DNA of 64,000 nucleotides, taken from the sequence record OM728297.1. The stretch is one strand, 5' to 3'. This document shows positions 37,238-45,533 of the stretch, in pieces (positions within the stretch are counted from its first letter, which is position 1; each line of letters opens with the position of its first letter). Under the pieces are notes generated by a model that saw only the letters and a list, made by a program, of their open reading frames with translations, was not told where the DNA came from and made no database searches. A program made the position numbers and the translations under genes.

Positions 37238-38833
37238 ATGTCCGTAGAATATCGAACTAATCATTCAACTGGAACAACTGATGAATTCAGTCAAACATTA
37301 AAAGAAAGTCATCAATATTTCTTACAAACTCAACAAGTAAACATCCTTGGAGAAGGCTTCAGTGATGTTCTTTCTGAAGCATCCACTTTTAGTGCTTATG
37401 TAGATAAATTAGTAGAAGGCTTAGATGCAACTGAAGAAGCAGATATGCGTCAATTACTTGCAAACAACCGTCAAGCAATCCTTCAAGAGTCCGTAGTTGC
37501 AGGTATCCCTCCAATTGCGTCTCTATCTATGCCAACTATTCGTAAAATGTGGGCTAAGATTGCATTGAAATATGCTATTCCTACTGAACCTGTTAAAACA
37601 CCTGCTTTCTCTGTATCATTCTCTAAACCTTATATCATTGATTCAGTATCAGGTGAAAAACATTATCTTCCAGAATCTCTTCGTTCTTTAGATAATGGAC
37701 TTGCTGAAAAAACAAAACTTTCTTCTCAAGCTTATGAGCTACCTTTGGATAACAAAGATCTTCTTGCTGATGTAGGTGCTTCTGCACAAGCTGGAGATGC
37801 AATTGATCGCCGTTTCCATATTGTTGAAGTTGAAGTTTCTGCGGCAAGTGCAACTGGAACAGCTGAGACTGCTGAAACAGTTAAAGTAAAAGTTAACTCT
37901 AAAATTGATATTAACAACAAACTATATGCTGAAGTTAAAGCTAAACACTCTGATGGTACTGTAACTTCTGACGTACTTATGGGTGCTGTTGATCCAGAAA
38001 AAGGTACTGTTAGCTTAGTATCTCTTCGTCAAGCAGTTAAAAAAGTTGTATTCCTTGGTTATGTATCTTCTGAGGCTCATAACAGAGCAACTAACGTATC
38101 TTTCGATATTGAACGTAGAGATATCACTATCGGAACTGGCGAACACTTAGAGGCTTCTCTACCACTTGAAATGCTAACTGATACAATGGCACTTTATCAA
38201 ATTGATGGTGCTAATGAAGTGGTAGACACAATGTCTAACGTTACAGCTCAAAAAGTTGACCAAGAAATTTATAACTTTATTGATGCGGCTTTCCAATCTA
38301 ACCCTACTTATATGGGTAAATTTAACGTTCATCCTGCACCTCAGTTTGCTGGAAATCCTAGAGATTGGTTGGATGGTATCAAACGAGTAATTGATTACTT
38401 TGCTCAAAAAATTAAATCTGAAACTTACTACTACCAAGGTTACTTTGTAATTGTTGGGAACCCACTTGATACTGCTTTGATTCCAAATGTTACTTGGACA
38501 TTTAACCGAGTATCAGATGCTCAAAATGGTATTGAAGTAGATTACAGTATTGGAGCTGTTTCTGGTGCAAGCCGTTACACAATTGTTTCTTCTGACTTGA
38601 TTCCTCAAGGCGAATTGACAATGTTCATGGTTCCACTTACTAATAAATTTATGACGTTCAAGTACTATCCGTACACTTTCAATGTTGTACACAACTACCT
38701 GAACACTCGTAATCCTAATATTCCTTCCATTATGATGACTAAACGTCATACCCTTGAAGAGTTCCTTCCAATGGTATGCAAAATCAAAATTGAGAACAAT
38801 GATGGTACTCTTGTTTCTCAATATAATGGATAA
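37238..38833 (+). CDS. Major capsid protein precursor
   Basis: 531 aa; propeptide ending ILQE-S; gp23-like ITIG/LEAS and YYPY motifs; locus context. Confidence 0.85.
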   Translation: MSVEYRTNHSTGTTDEFSQTLKESHQYFLQTQQVNILGEGFSDVLSEASTFSAYVDKLVEGLDATEEADMRQLLANNRQAILQESVVAGIPPIASLSMPTIRKMWAKIALKYAIPTEPVKTPAFSVSFSKPYIIDSVSGEKHYLPESLRSLDNGLAEKTKLSSQAYELPLDNKDLLADVGASAQAGDAIDRRFHIVEVEVSAASATGTAETAETVKVKVNSKIDINNKLYAEVKAKHSDGTVTSDVLMGAVDPEKGTVSLVSLRQAVKKVVFLGYVSSEAHNRATNVSFDIERRDITIGTGEHLEASLPLEMLTDTMALYQIDGANEVVDTMSNVTAQKVDQEIYNFIDAAFQSNPTYMGKFNVHPAPQFAGNPRDWLDGIKRVIDYFAQKIKSETYYYQGYFVIVGNPLDTALIPNVTWTFNRVSDAQNGIEVDYSIGAVSGASRYTIVSSDLIPQGELTMFMVPLTNKFMTFKYYPYTFNVVHNYLNTRNPNIPSIMMTKRHTLEEFLPMVCKIKIENNDGTLVSQYNG

Positions 38834-38840
38834 TAAATAA

Positions 38841-38879
38841 AAATATCAGTTGTGACCATAACGGTTACAACTGATATTT
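38841..38879 (+). terminator. Hairpin terminator
   Basis: 17-bp IR with one G-U pair. Confidence 0.7.
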
Positions 38880-38899
38880 ATTTTAAGAGGTGTAGATGT

Positions 38900-39871
38900 A
38901 TGGTAGATACTATTTTACTAGAAAAAATTTATCATAGAACAGAATTGGATCAATTAGATGAATGCTTTGAAGAAATACTTAATCTACTACCATCGAAGAA
39001 TTTTAAAGATGCTGGTTTTAAAAGGAATATATCAAAAATAGAAAAACTCTTGAAGAGTACTTTTAATATAGATTGTAAAATTTTTCTTCATCCAACATTA
39101 AGTAATAAAGTAAGTTATGGTATGAGAATTTTCCCTTCTTATGAAGAAATGAAAGGACAATATTTAGAAGCCATTGAATCTAAGAAAAAAGGTTATCAGT
39201 TAATCGATTGTCATAATGTATCAATTGAAATTGAAGGATCTCTTTTAAACCTATTTAAAAGAGAAGGAGCAACATCTAGAATGCTAACTGCAATTTTAAT
39301 TCATGAAATTGGACATAAAGTATATGTTAAAGTTCAAAATGCTCTTAGGGATGAAGAAAATTCTAAGAATATGGCTAATATTGGTTATGGCATGGGATTA
39401 GCTATGGCAGTACTCTCTATGACCGTTAGAATGGGTAAGAGAACTTTATCAGTTCCATTAACTGTAATGAGCCCAATTATAGGTTTTGTAGGTTTGGTTA
39501 TGATTGTAATGGGTACAAGTTCTCTTATGGATTTTGTTGCAAATAAATATTATTCAGAGAGAGAAATATATAGCGATAGCTTAGCAGTTAAATATGGATA
39601 TGCCGATGAGATGTATCAGACACTCTCAATGCTTCAAAATCATACTAACTCAACTCATAAAATTAGTACGAATGTATTTATTAATTGGATAAGGAAAAAT
39701 TTAAACTTCTATTATTTAAGAAGAAAAGGAGTTATTGATGTTCTCAAGAAAGAATATCAGACTGCTGAAACAGAATTAGAGAAAGAGTTGATTAAGAAAG
39801 TACTAATTGATTTAAATAATAAGCAGAATAAAGATTTTGGTGAGGATAATACTCTTTTATTAAAAAAATAA
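38900..39871 (+). CDS. Zincin-type metallopeptidase-like protein with hydrophobic hairpin
   Basis: LIHEIGH, downstream E..SD..A..YGY; start likely ATG 38900 after AGAGG. Confidence 0.65.
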   Translation: MVDTILLEKIYHRTELDQLDECFEEILNLLPSKNFKDAGFKRNISKIEKLLKSTFNIDCKIFLHPTLSNKVSYGMRIFPSYEEMKGQYLEAIESKKKGYQLIDCHNVSIEIEGSLLNLFKREGATSRMLTAILIHEIGHKVYVKVQNALRDEENSKNMANIGYGMGLAMAVLSMTVRMGKRTLSVPLTVMSPIIGFVGLVMIVMGTSSLMDFVANKYYSEREIYSDSLAVKYGYADEMYQTLSMLQNHTNSTHKISTNVFINWIRKNLNFYYLRRKGVIDVLKKEYQTAETELEKELIKKVLIDLNNKQNKDFGEDNTLLLKK

Positions 39872-39900
39872 AGAAGGGCAAAGTATCTGTCCTTCTTTAT
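39868..39900. terminator. Bidirectional hairpin terminator
   Basis: 13-bp IR. Confidence 0.65.
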
Positions 39901-39905
39901 TGTAA

Positions 39906-40094
39906 CTATTCAGTTATTAATTGTCCAAGATTATCAACTATATTATTAGCAAATGGTCCAATATTATACAATTCATCTTCCATATCATTTAGTTCTCCGA
40001 TAAATTCGCTATTGCTATCATCATCTAGTTCTACAAAATCAAAACTAATTTCATCAATACCATCAAGTAGTTCTTTGACCTCCGCTTTGCTCAT
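39906..40094 (-). CDS. Small acidic hypothetical protein
   Basis: SD AAGGAGG. Confidence 0.65.
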   Translation of the reverse strand: MSKAEVKELLDGIDEISFDFVELDDDSNSEFIGELNDMEDELYNIGPFANNIVDNLGQLITE

Positions 40095-40170
40095 TTCAAA
40101 TTCCTCCTTGAGTGAGAGTTGGTATTTCTAGATGTTTTTATTTTAACCAGAAAACTTCATCTTGAAACTC

Positions 40171-40215
40171 AAAAAAGAAAAAAAAATTCACCTGAACTAG
40201 TTTATGCAGGTGAAT
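40171..40215 (-). terminator. Hairpin terminator (minus strand)
   Basis: attcacctg/caggtgaat IR with A-tract on plus strand. Confidence 0.65.
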
Positions 40216-40227
40216 CTCTAAGATGTC

Positions 40228-40938
40228 TTATGTTAGTTTAGTTAGTAGGATTCTAAATCCATTTACACTAACAGGGGAATATTGAATACTAAGTATTTCT
40301 CTATCTGGAAATTTCTTTCTTATATAACTCTCAGTTTCTTCATTTTCAGGAACAGCAAAATATTCCAATATAGAACTATCATCATCTGAAAATGTTATAA
40401 AAGCACCGTATAATTTATAATCAAATCCTTCTATTCCCTGTGTTCTTTTATATTCAGTGATAATCCTATCAGATATTCCCATAGTTTCTAAAGCAGTTAA
40501 TATCATTTTCTCAGAAAGACTACCAAGTTTATCAATGCTTGTTAAACTCTTTTTGCTCATAAAATCAAGTAATTTATTTAAATTATCTAAACCATGTTTC
40601 CTTAATAAGTTAAATGTTCTTAAGTCTAATAAATCTTTATCAATCTGATAATTCATTTTATTTCTTTTACCTTCTAGTAGTTCTTCTTCTTTACATTTTT
40701 CAAATGCAGTCCATACTAATTGATTTACTCGTGATGATGATAAATTCATTATTTGACCTACTTCTTCATTAGATAAAATTTTATCCCCACCAAATTTTAT
40801 AATTACTGTTTGTAACTCATTAGGAGATATTACATTTTTGTTTCTGTTAAAGAATTTAATTACATCCTCTAATTCATAATTGATTCCAAAATATTCTATT
40901 ATTTCCTTGTCAATATTTCTTCTCTCTTTTCGTACCAA
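40228..40938 (-). CDS. Sigma-70 region-4-like HTH fused to RNAP alpha-CTD-like domain
   Basis: ISPNE..V...FG....LSNEEVG..MNLSSSRVNQL and L.LRTFNLLRKHG......L......L......LG..S. Confidence 0.65.
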   Translation of the reverse strand: MVRKERRNIDKEIIEYFGINYELEDVIKFFNRNKNVISPNELQTVIIKFGGDKILSNEEVGQIMNLSSSRVNQLVWTAFEKCKEEELLEGKRNKMNYQIDKDLLDLRTFNLLRKHGLDNLNKLLDFMSKKSLTSIDKLGSLSEKMILTALETMGISDRIITEYKRTQGIEGFDYKLYGAFITFSDDDSSILEYFAVPENEETESYIRKKFPDREILSIQYSPVSVNGFRILLTKLT

Positions 40939-40969
40939 TGACTTTCTCTCCTTTCACTCTTTCTCATAT

Positions 40970-40978
40970 ATAATATAT
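40970..40978 (-). promoter_or_regulatory. Early-type promoter motif ATATATTAT
   Basis: ~30 nt upstream of TTG 40938. Confidence 0.65.
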
Positions 40979-41006
40979 ACTTAGTTTTATATTTTAATAC
41001 GGTACA

Positions 41007-41018
41007 AACATTCTATTA
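41007..41018 (+). promoter_or_regulatory. Late-type promoter AACA-N6-TA
   Basis: AACAttctatTA upstream of terminase. Confidence 0.7.
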
Positions 41019-41044
41019 AAATATCATAATAGGAGGTTGATTAA

Positions 41045-43015
41045 ATGTATGATTATTCTACTAGAAACCTAAGTTTTATTAAGATCTGGAAGTTTCTAAA
41101 AGATCAAGGTATAAAAAATAATAAATTCTTTTTAAAATTAAATGATGAAACATTACAAGGTGTTGATCCATATGATCCAAATTTAACTGATGAACAAAAG
41201 GTAAGAATACAGGTTGAAGTAATGACTAACTTTTGGTATTTCTTGAGGGAAGTAGTGCGAATTCCTGAATCGGGTGGTTCTATTCATTTCATGCTACACA
41301 GAGCTAATCTTGGTCAAATGTTTCTTATGGAAAATAATATTGATATGATTGAAATACTGCCTCGTCAGAATGGAAAAACAATTGGGGCTGTATGTCGATA
41401 TATATGGGTATACCATTGGGCTACCAAAAATACTCATATGATTTTTAGTAATAAACAGTACGCCGATTCCCAATTAAATATTAAACGTTTCAATGATATA
41501 ACAGAATTATTACCAAGTTATTTAAAAACGCATTTAGATCCTAAAAAAGATACAAATAACTTAGCTCAAATTTCATGTGCAAAGAATAATAATAAAATTG
41601 ATGCAATGAGTACTGCTAGGACTGTTACTGACGCTGACAAATTAGGAAGGGGTTGTACTGTTCCCATCATCTGGTATGATGAATTTGCGTTTTTAAAATA
41701 TAATGATACGGTATACGCTAGTGCAGCACCAGCACTATCAAAGGCGTCAGAAGCCGCACAGCGTAATGGTACTCCTTATGGGAAATTAATTACAACTACA
41801 CCAAATGATCTTGATACAGAAATGGGTAAATATTGTAAGGGTATGATTGATGATGCATGTCCATTTGATGAAGCTTGGTATGATTGGGATATTGATGAAA
41901 TTAAAAAATATATTGAACAGAACTCTCGAAATGACTTTGTTTATTTAGTATTTAATTATAAAGAGTTAGGACATGATGACAAATGGTATCAAAAACAATG
42001 CCGTCAGCTCAATAATGACTTATTAAAAATTAAACGTGAAATATTATTGGAATGGACATTGGCTAACGATACTTCGCCTTTTTCAGAGGAACAATTAGCA
42101 GAAATTGGACAACATGCAGGTGAACCTATTGGTAAGTTTTATGTAATGAAAAGATATAAATTTGAAATTTTCAGTGAAATGCGAAATATATTTAAAAAAT
42201 CATGGCTGATCGGTATAGATATTGGAGCAGGTTTGAATCGAGATTTTACAGTGATATCTATTATTGATCCTAAAGATATGGTTCAAAAAGCAGTATTTAG
42301 AAGTAATAATATATCTTTACCTGATTTAAAAGATTTGGTTATACACCTAGTATTAGAATTTTGTCCTAATGGTGTCATTATTCCAGAACGAAATAACTTA
42401 GGTATCTCTTTAATACAAGATCTACTACGTTCAGAAGTAGCTAATAACTTATATTATGAAGTTAGAGAAGTAAAGGGAGAAAAGAAAGTTGATGACCCAA
42501 AAAGATCATCTAAAAAGACAGTTAAGACTAAAACAAGAGTTTATGGGGTTACTACTAGTAAAGATAGTCGGGATATAATGATCAATGAGATTCTTAGTAA
42601 TGCAGTTAATGATACTCCACATGTGTTTACAAGTAAATATATTTTTGAAGAATTAAGAACATTAGAAAGAAATAAGAAAGGAAAGATTGAACATAGGGAT
42701 GGAGGTCATGATGATACATTATTCTCATGGCTAGTGGCATGCTATGCTTTCTTATATGGAAATAATATAAATAAATTTGTTAAAGTCATCAGTGATGGCG
42801 ATAATAATGAGAATGAAGAAAATAATAAAGATAGAGCTAGAAATATTCATGCATTGTCTAAAATTAATAGTGGTGAAAAATCACAGAGTGAAATATTATT
42901 AGAAATGTATAAGAATGAAAGTAGATTCTTTGAAGATCATAATGAGAATGATAATAATATTAGAAAGCAAAAAAGAATGAAAAGCCTAAATTTTATTACT
43001 AGTTTAAATAGATAA
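41045..43015 (+). CDS. terL: Terminase large subunit
   Basis: PRQNGKT Walker A, IWYDEFAF Walker B, IGIDIG and HDD nuclease motifs. Confidence 0.9.
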   Translation: MYDYSTRNLSFIKIWKFLKDQGIKNNKFFLKLNDETLQGVDPYDPNLTDEQKVRIQVEVMTNFWYFLREVVRIPESGGSIHFMLHRANLGQMFLMENNIDMIEILPRQNGKTIGAVCRYIWVYHWATKNTHMIFSNKQYADSQLNIKRFNDITELLPSYLKTHLDPKKDTNNLAQISCAKNNNKIDAMSTARTVTDADKLGRGCTVPIIWYDEFAFLKYNDTVYASAAPALSKASEAAQRNGTPYGKLITTTPNDLDTEMGKYCKGMIDDACPFDEAWYDWDIDEIKKYIEQNSRNDFVYLVFNYKELGHDDKWYQKQCRQLNNDLLKIKREILLEWTLANDTSPFSEEQLAEIGQHAGEPIGKFYVMKRYKFEIFSEMRNIFKKSWLIGIDIGAGLNRDFTVISIIDPKDMVQKAVFRSNNISLPDLKDLVIHLVLEFCPNGVIIPERNNLGISLIQDLLRSEVANNLYYEVREVKGEKKVDDPKRSSKKTVKTKTRVYGVTTSKDSRDIMINEILSNAVNDTPHVFTSKYIFEELRTLERNKKGKIEHRDGGHDDTLFSWLVACYAFLYGNNINKFVKVISDGDNNENEENNKDRARNIHALSKINSGEKSQSEILLEMYKNESRFFEDHNENDNNIRKQKRMKSLNFITSLNR

Positions 43016-43018
43016 ATG

Positions 43019-43051
43019 AAAGAATGTAGATGAAAATCTACATTCTTTTTT
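43019..43051 (+). terminator. Hairpin terminator
   Basis: 13-bp IR plus T-tract. Confidence 0.7.
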
Positions 43052-43069
43052 ATATTGAAGAGAATTACT

Positions 43070-43081
43070 AACAAATTCATA
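43070..43081 (+). promoter_or_regulatory. Late-type promoter AACA-N6-TA
   Basis: AACAaattcaTA. Confidence 0.6.
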
Positions 43082-43124
43082 TGAATTTAATTAAAATTAG
43101 TTGACATATATAGGAGGAAGTCTA

Positions 43125-43895
43125 ATGGCTGAAATGATGGATGAGCAAGAAGCAAAATTTTTAACAGATGAGGATATTGATCATGTAATTACATCTTTAT
43201 CAGATGATATTATTTTTGATAGTTTGAAAGAACAGATTAGCAATGTATTTGTACAATCTGATAGTAATCCAGTATACTATATTACTTATTTTACTGGTAA
43301 ATATAATTATATTATGAATAAATATTCAGAGTATGAAGAAGTATGTGAAAAAATAAAAGAAATTAGAGAAGAATTTTATGAAAAACTTAAAACACTAATT
43401 GAAGAAAAATTTGATTTTACATTAAATTTACCTGCATTCTTTGATGATGAAGAGAAGTTTAATATTATTGGGAACCTTTATGATTTCTTCATAATTAGAA
43501 ATAAAGTAAATTCAGTTAATGTTATCTCTGGATATATTGACAAAGAAATTAAGGATCTCATTAAATACTATAAACCTTTAATTGATAAAAAAGATCTTAC
43601 CTATAATAACATCAAAAAGACTATTAATAAAGATATTGCAGTAATTATTTGTAAACTACCTGACATTATTTCAAATCTGACAGTGGAGTCTGGGTTTGAT
43701 CTAGTACAGCTAATGATAGATGATGAACAAGAAATTACGAATATGGTTATTGGTACTTTATTTGATGAGAATACTGAATATATTAATATTGGAGAAAGCT
43801 TTATTGATAATATTCTTAATGCTATTAAGAAAAATGAAGTATATTACTTGCAGGCTAGAACTCAATTAGTAAATAAATATTCAGATAAAAAATAA
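43125..43895 (+). CDS. Hypothetical acidic helical protein
   Basis: Start likely ATG 43125 after GGAGG. Confidence 0.7.
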   Translation: MAEMMDEQEAKFLTDEDIDHVITSLSDDIIFDSLKEQISNVFVQSDSNPVYYITYFTGKYNYIMNKYSEYEEVCEKIKEIREEFYEKLKTLIEEKFDFTLNLPAFFDDEEKFNIIGNLYDFFIIRNKVNSVNVISGYIDKEIKDLIKYYKPLIDKKDLTYNNIKKTINKDIAVIICKLPDIISNLTVESGFDLVQLMIDDEQEITNMVIGTLFDENTEYINIGESFIDNILNAIKKNEVYYLQARTQLVNKYSDKK

Positions 43896-43915
43896 ATTAT
43901 TGGAGGACTATATAA

Positions 43916-44626
43916 ATGGCAATTATTGATAGTAAAAATAATGACATGATTAAAACAATGAAAGGACTTCAAGAAAGTTCAGAATCACTATTAAAAACTT
44001 TTAAAGATTTAGGTTTAGATAAAGAAAATAAAGAAGAGTTTGAGATATTAGAAAAGTCTGCTAATGAAATTAAGCAAGAATTTGATACTATTGCTACAAT
44101 TGAGGAAGAAGTTAAGAAATATTCTGGCTGTAGTGCTTTTATTAAACAGCTAGAAGAGGTTCTTGAAGATGATTCACAGAGTGAAGAATTAAAAGAAAAA
44201 ATTAAGAGACAGATTTTTATGATTAAAAGTAGTTATAATTTTAAAGCATTTAGTGAATTACAACCTACTTTAAAGCCTAAAACTTTACTTAATAATTATA
44301 AAGCATTACGAAATAAAGCTGAAAATAAATTAAAGAATAATAATACTTTTACATTTAATACATCCTTTTATTTAGAAAAAATGATTAAAGGAGTATTACC
44401 AGATGATTTGAAATCTTATTCTAGAATGACAGCGTCATATATTTATGCTTTTATTAATACTGCTTCTCTTAAGCGAGGCGGTTATGCTATCTTTGTTGGA
44501 TTCTTAATTAACAATATTAATAATTTAGATAAAGAATATCCAGAAAAAGAAGAATTGGTTAATAATCTTATCAAATTAACTCAATTACTAAAAGATGAAT
44601 TAATTGGTAGTGCTAAAACAAAATAA
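43916..44626 (+). CDS. Hypothetical helical protein
   Basis: SD GGAGG. Confidence 0.7.
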   Translation: MAIIDSKNNDMIKTMKGLQESSESLLKTFKDLGLDKENKEEFEILEKSANEIKQEFDTIATIEEEVKKYSGCSAFIKQLEEVLEDDSQSEELKEKIKRQIFMIKSSYNFKAFSELQPTLKPKTLLNNYKALRNKAENKLKNNNTFTFNTSFYLEKMIKGVLPDDLKSYSRMTASYIYAFINTASLKRGGYAIFVGFLINNINNLDKEYPEKEELVNNLIKLTQLLKDELIGSAKTK

Positions 44627-44630
44627 ATAA

Positions 44631-44674
44631 AATAAGTAAACCTATATATTAAATTATATATAGGTTTACTTATT
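44631..44674 (+). terminator. Hairpin terminator
   Basis: 19-bp perfect IR. Confidence 0.7.
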
Positions 44675-44679
44675 ATTAA

Positions 44680-44691
44680 AACATAATATTG
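44680..44691 (+). promoter_or_regulatory. Late-type promoter AACA-N6-TG
   Basis: AACAtaatatTG. Confidence 0.55.
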
Positions 44692-44721
44692 AACTACTAA
44701 GTCATGAAAGGAGTTTAACAA

Positions 44722-45468
44722 TTGAAATATAATTTTTTAAAGAAAGTTGATAATAAAATAATTTTTGATGGTGAATATATGGAAGTTTATATTCCTAAAG
44801 ACTATTTTTCAAAAGGAATTGCTAGTTATCATGGTGATATGGTGAATACATTAGGGGTTTTTAACTTTATGGTTTACACTCAACCAAAAGAATCCAAAAA
44901 TAAAGGTGAGATTCATCTATTAAAGCTTCCTATGGAAATAAAGTTTGAATTTACAACATACCATGATATATCTACTAAATTAAGAGCAGACTTAGATAAG
45001 GACGATTATAGAGTTTTTCAATTGGAAAAAGGCTCTGTATTCATTGATAATGTTATTAAAGAACAATCTGCTGAAAACAGTAAAAAATTTATTTACCTAC
45101 TTCATGGTGGAAAATTACCTAAATCACTAAAGTACAGTGATATAATTGACTTATATCATGAAAGTATCTCTTTAAATAAAGTAAAATTAAATAACCCATC
45201 AGTAATATTTGAATTAATCATTGCTGAACTATGTCGCTATAGAAATAATACAGAAGTTCCATTTAGAATGATGATTGGTAAAGAGAATGCTAAAGTATCT
45301 GACTATGACTATAATAATATAGCTCTTAAGAAATTACCTGCTATTAACTCAACATTTAATGCAATGACATTTGAAGATATTAACCAAGCCATTATATCTT
45401 CAATTCGTAAAACTCGTAATAATGAGAATGAAAATCCATCACCTGTAGAAAGAATAATTAAGTACTAA
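44722..45468 (+). CDS. Hypothetical protein
   Basis: TTG start, SD AAGGAG; precedes sheath. Confidence 0.7.
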   Translation: MKYNFLKKVDNKIIFDGEYMEVYIPKDYFSKGIASYHGDMVNTLGVFNFMVYTQPKESKNKGEIHLLKLPMEIKFEFTTYHDISTKLRADLDKDDYRVFQLEKGSVFIDNVIKEQSAENSKKFIYLLHGGKLPKSLKYSDIIDLYHESISLNKVKLNNPSVIFELIIAELCRYRNNTEVPFRMMIGKENAKVSDYDYNNIALKKLPAINSTFNAMTFEDINQAIISSIRKTRNNENENPSPVERIIKY

Positions 45469-45488
45469 AATTTTCTTATTTGTAAAAG

Positions 45489-45500
45489 AACATTTAATTA
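45489..45500 (+). promoter_or_regulatory. Late-type promoter AACA-N6-TA
   Basis: AACAtttaatTA upstream of sheath. Confidence 0.7.
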
Positions 45501-45533
45501 ATGAAATAAAGATTTCTGTAAAGGAGAGATAAA

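Noticed and set aside
19091-43015. Introns or inteins in RNAP beta, ligase, capsid or terminase genes (AR9-like phages carry introns in some genes)
   Set aside because: All are continuous ORFs of expected length, with no LAGLIDADG/HNH insert or intein ends seen.
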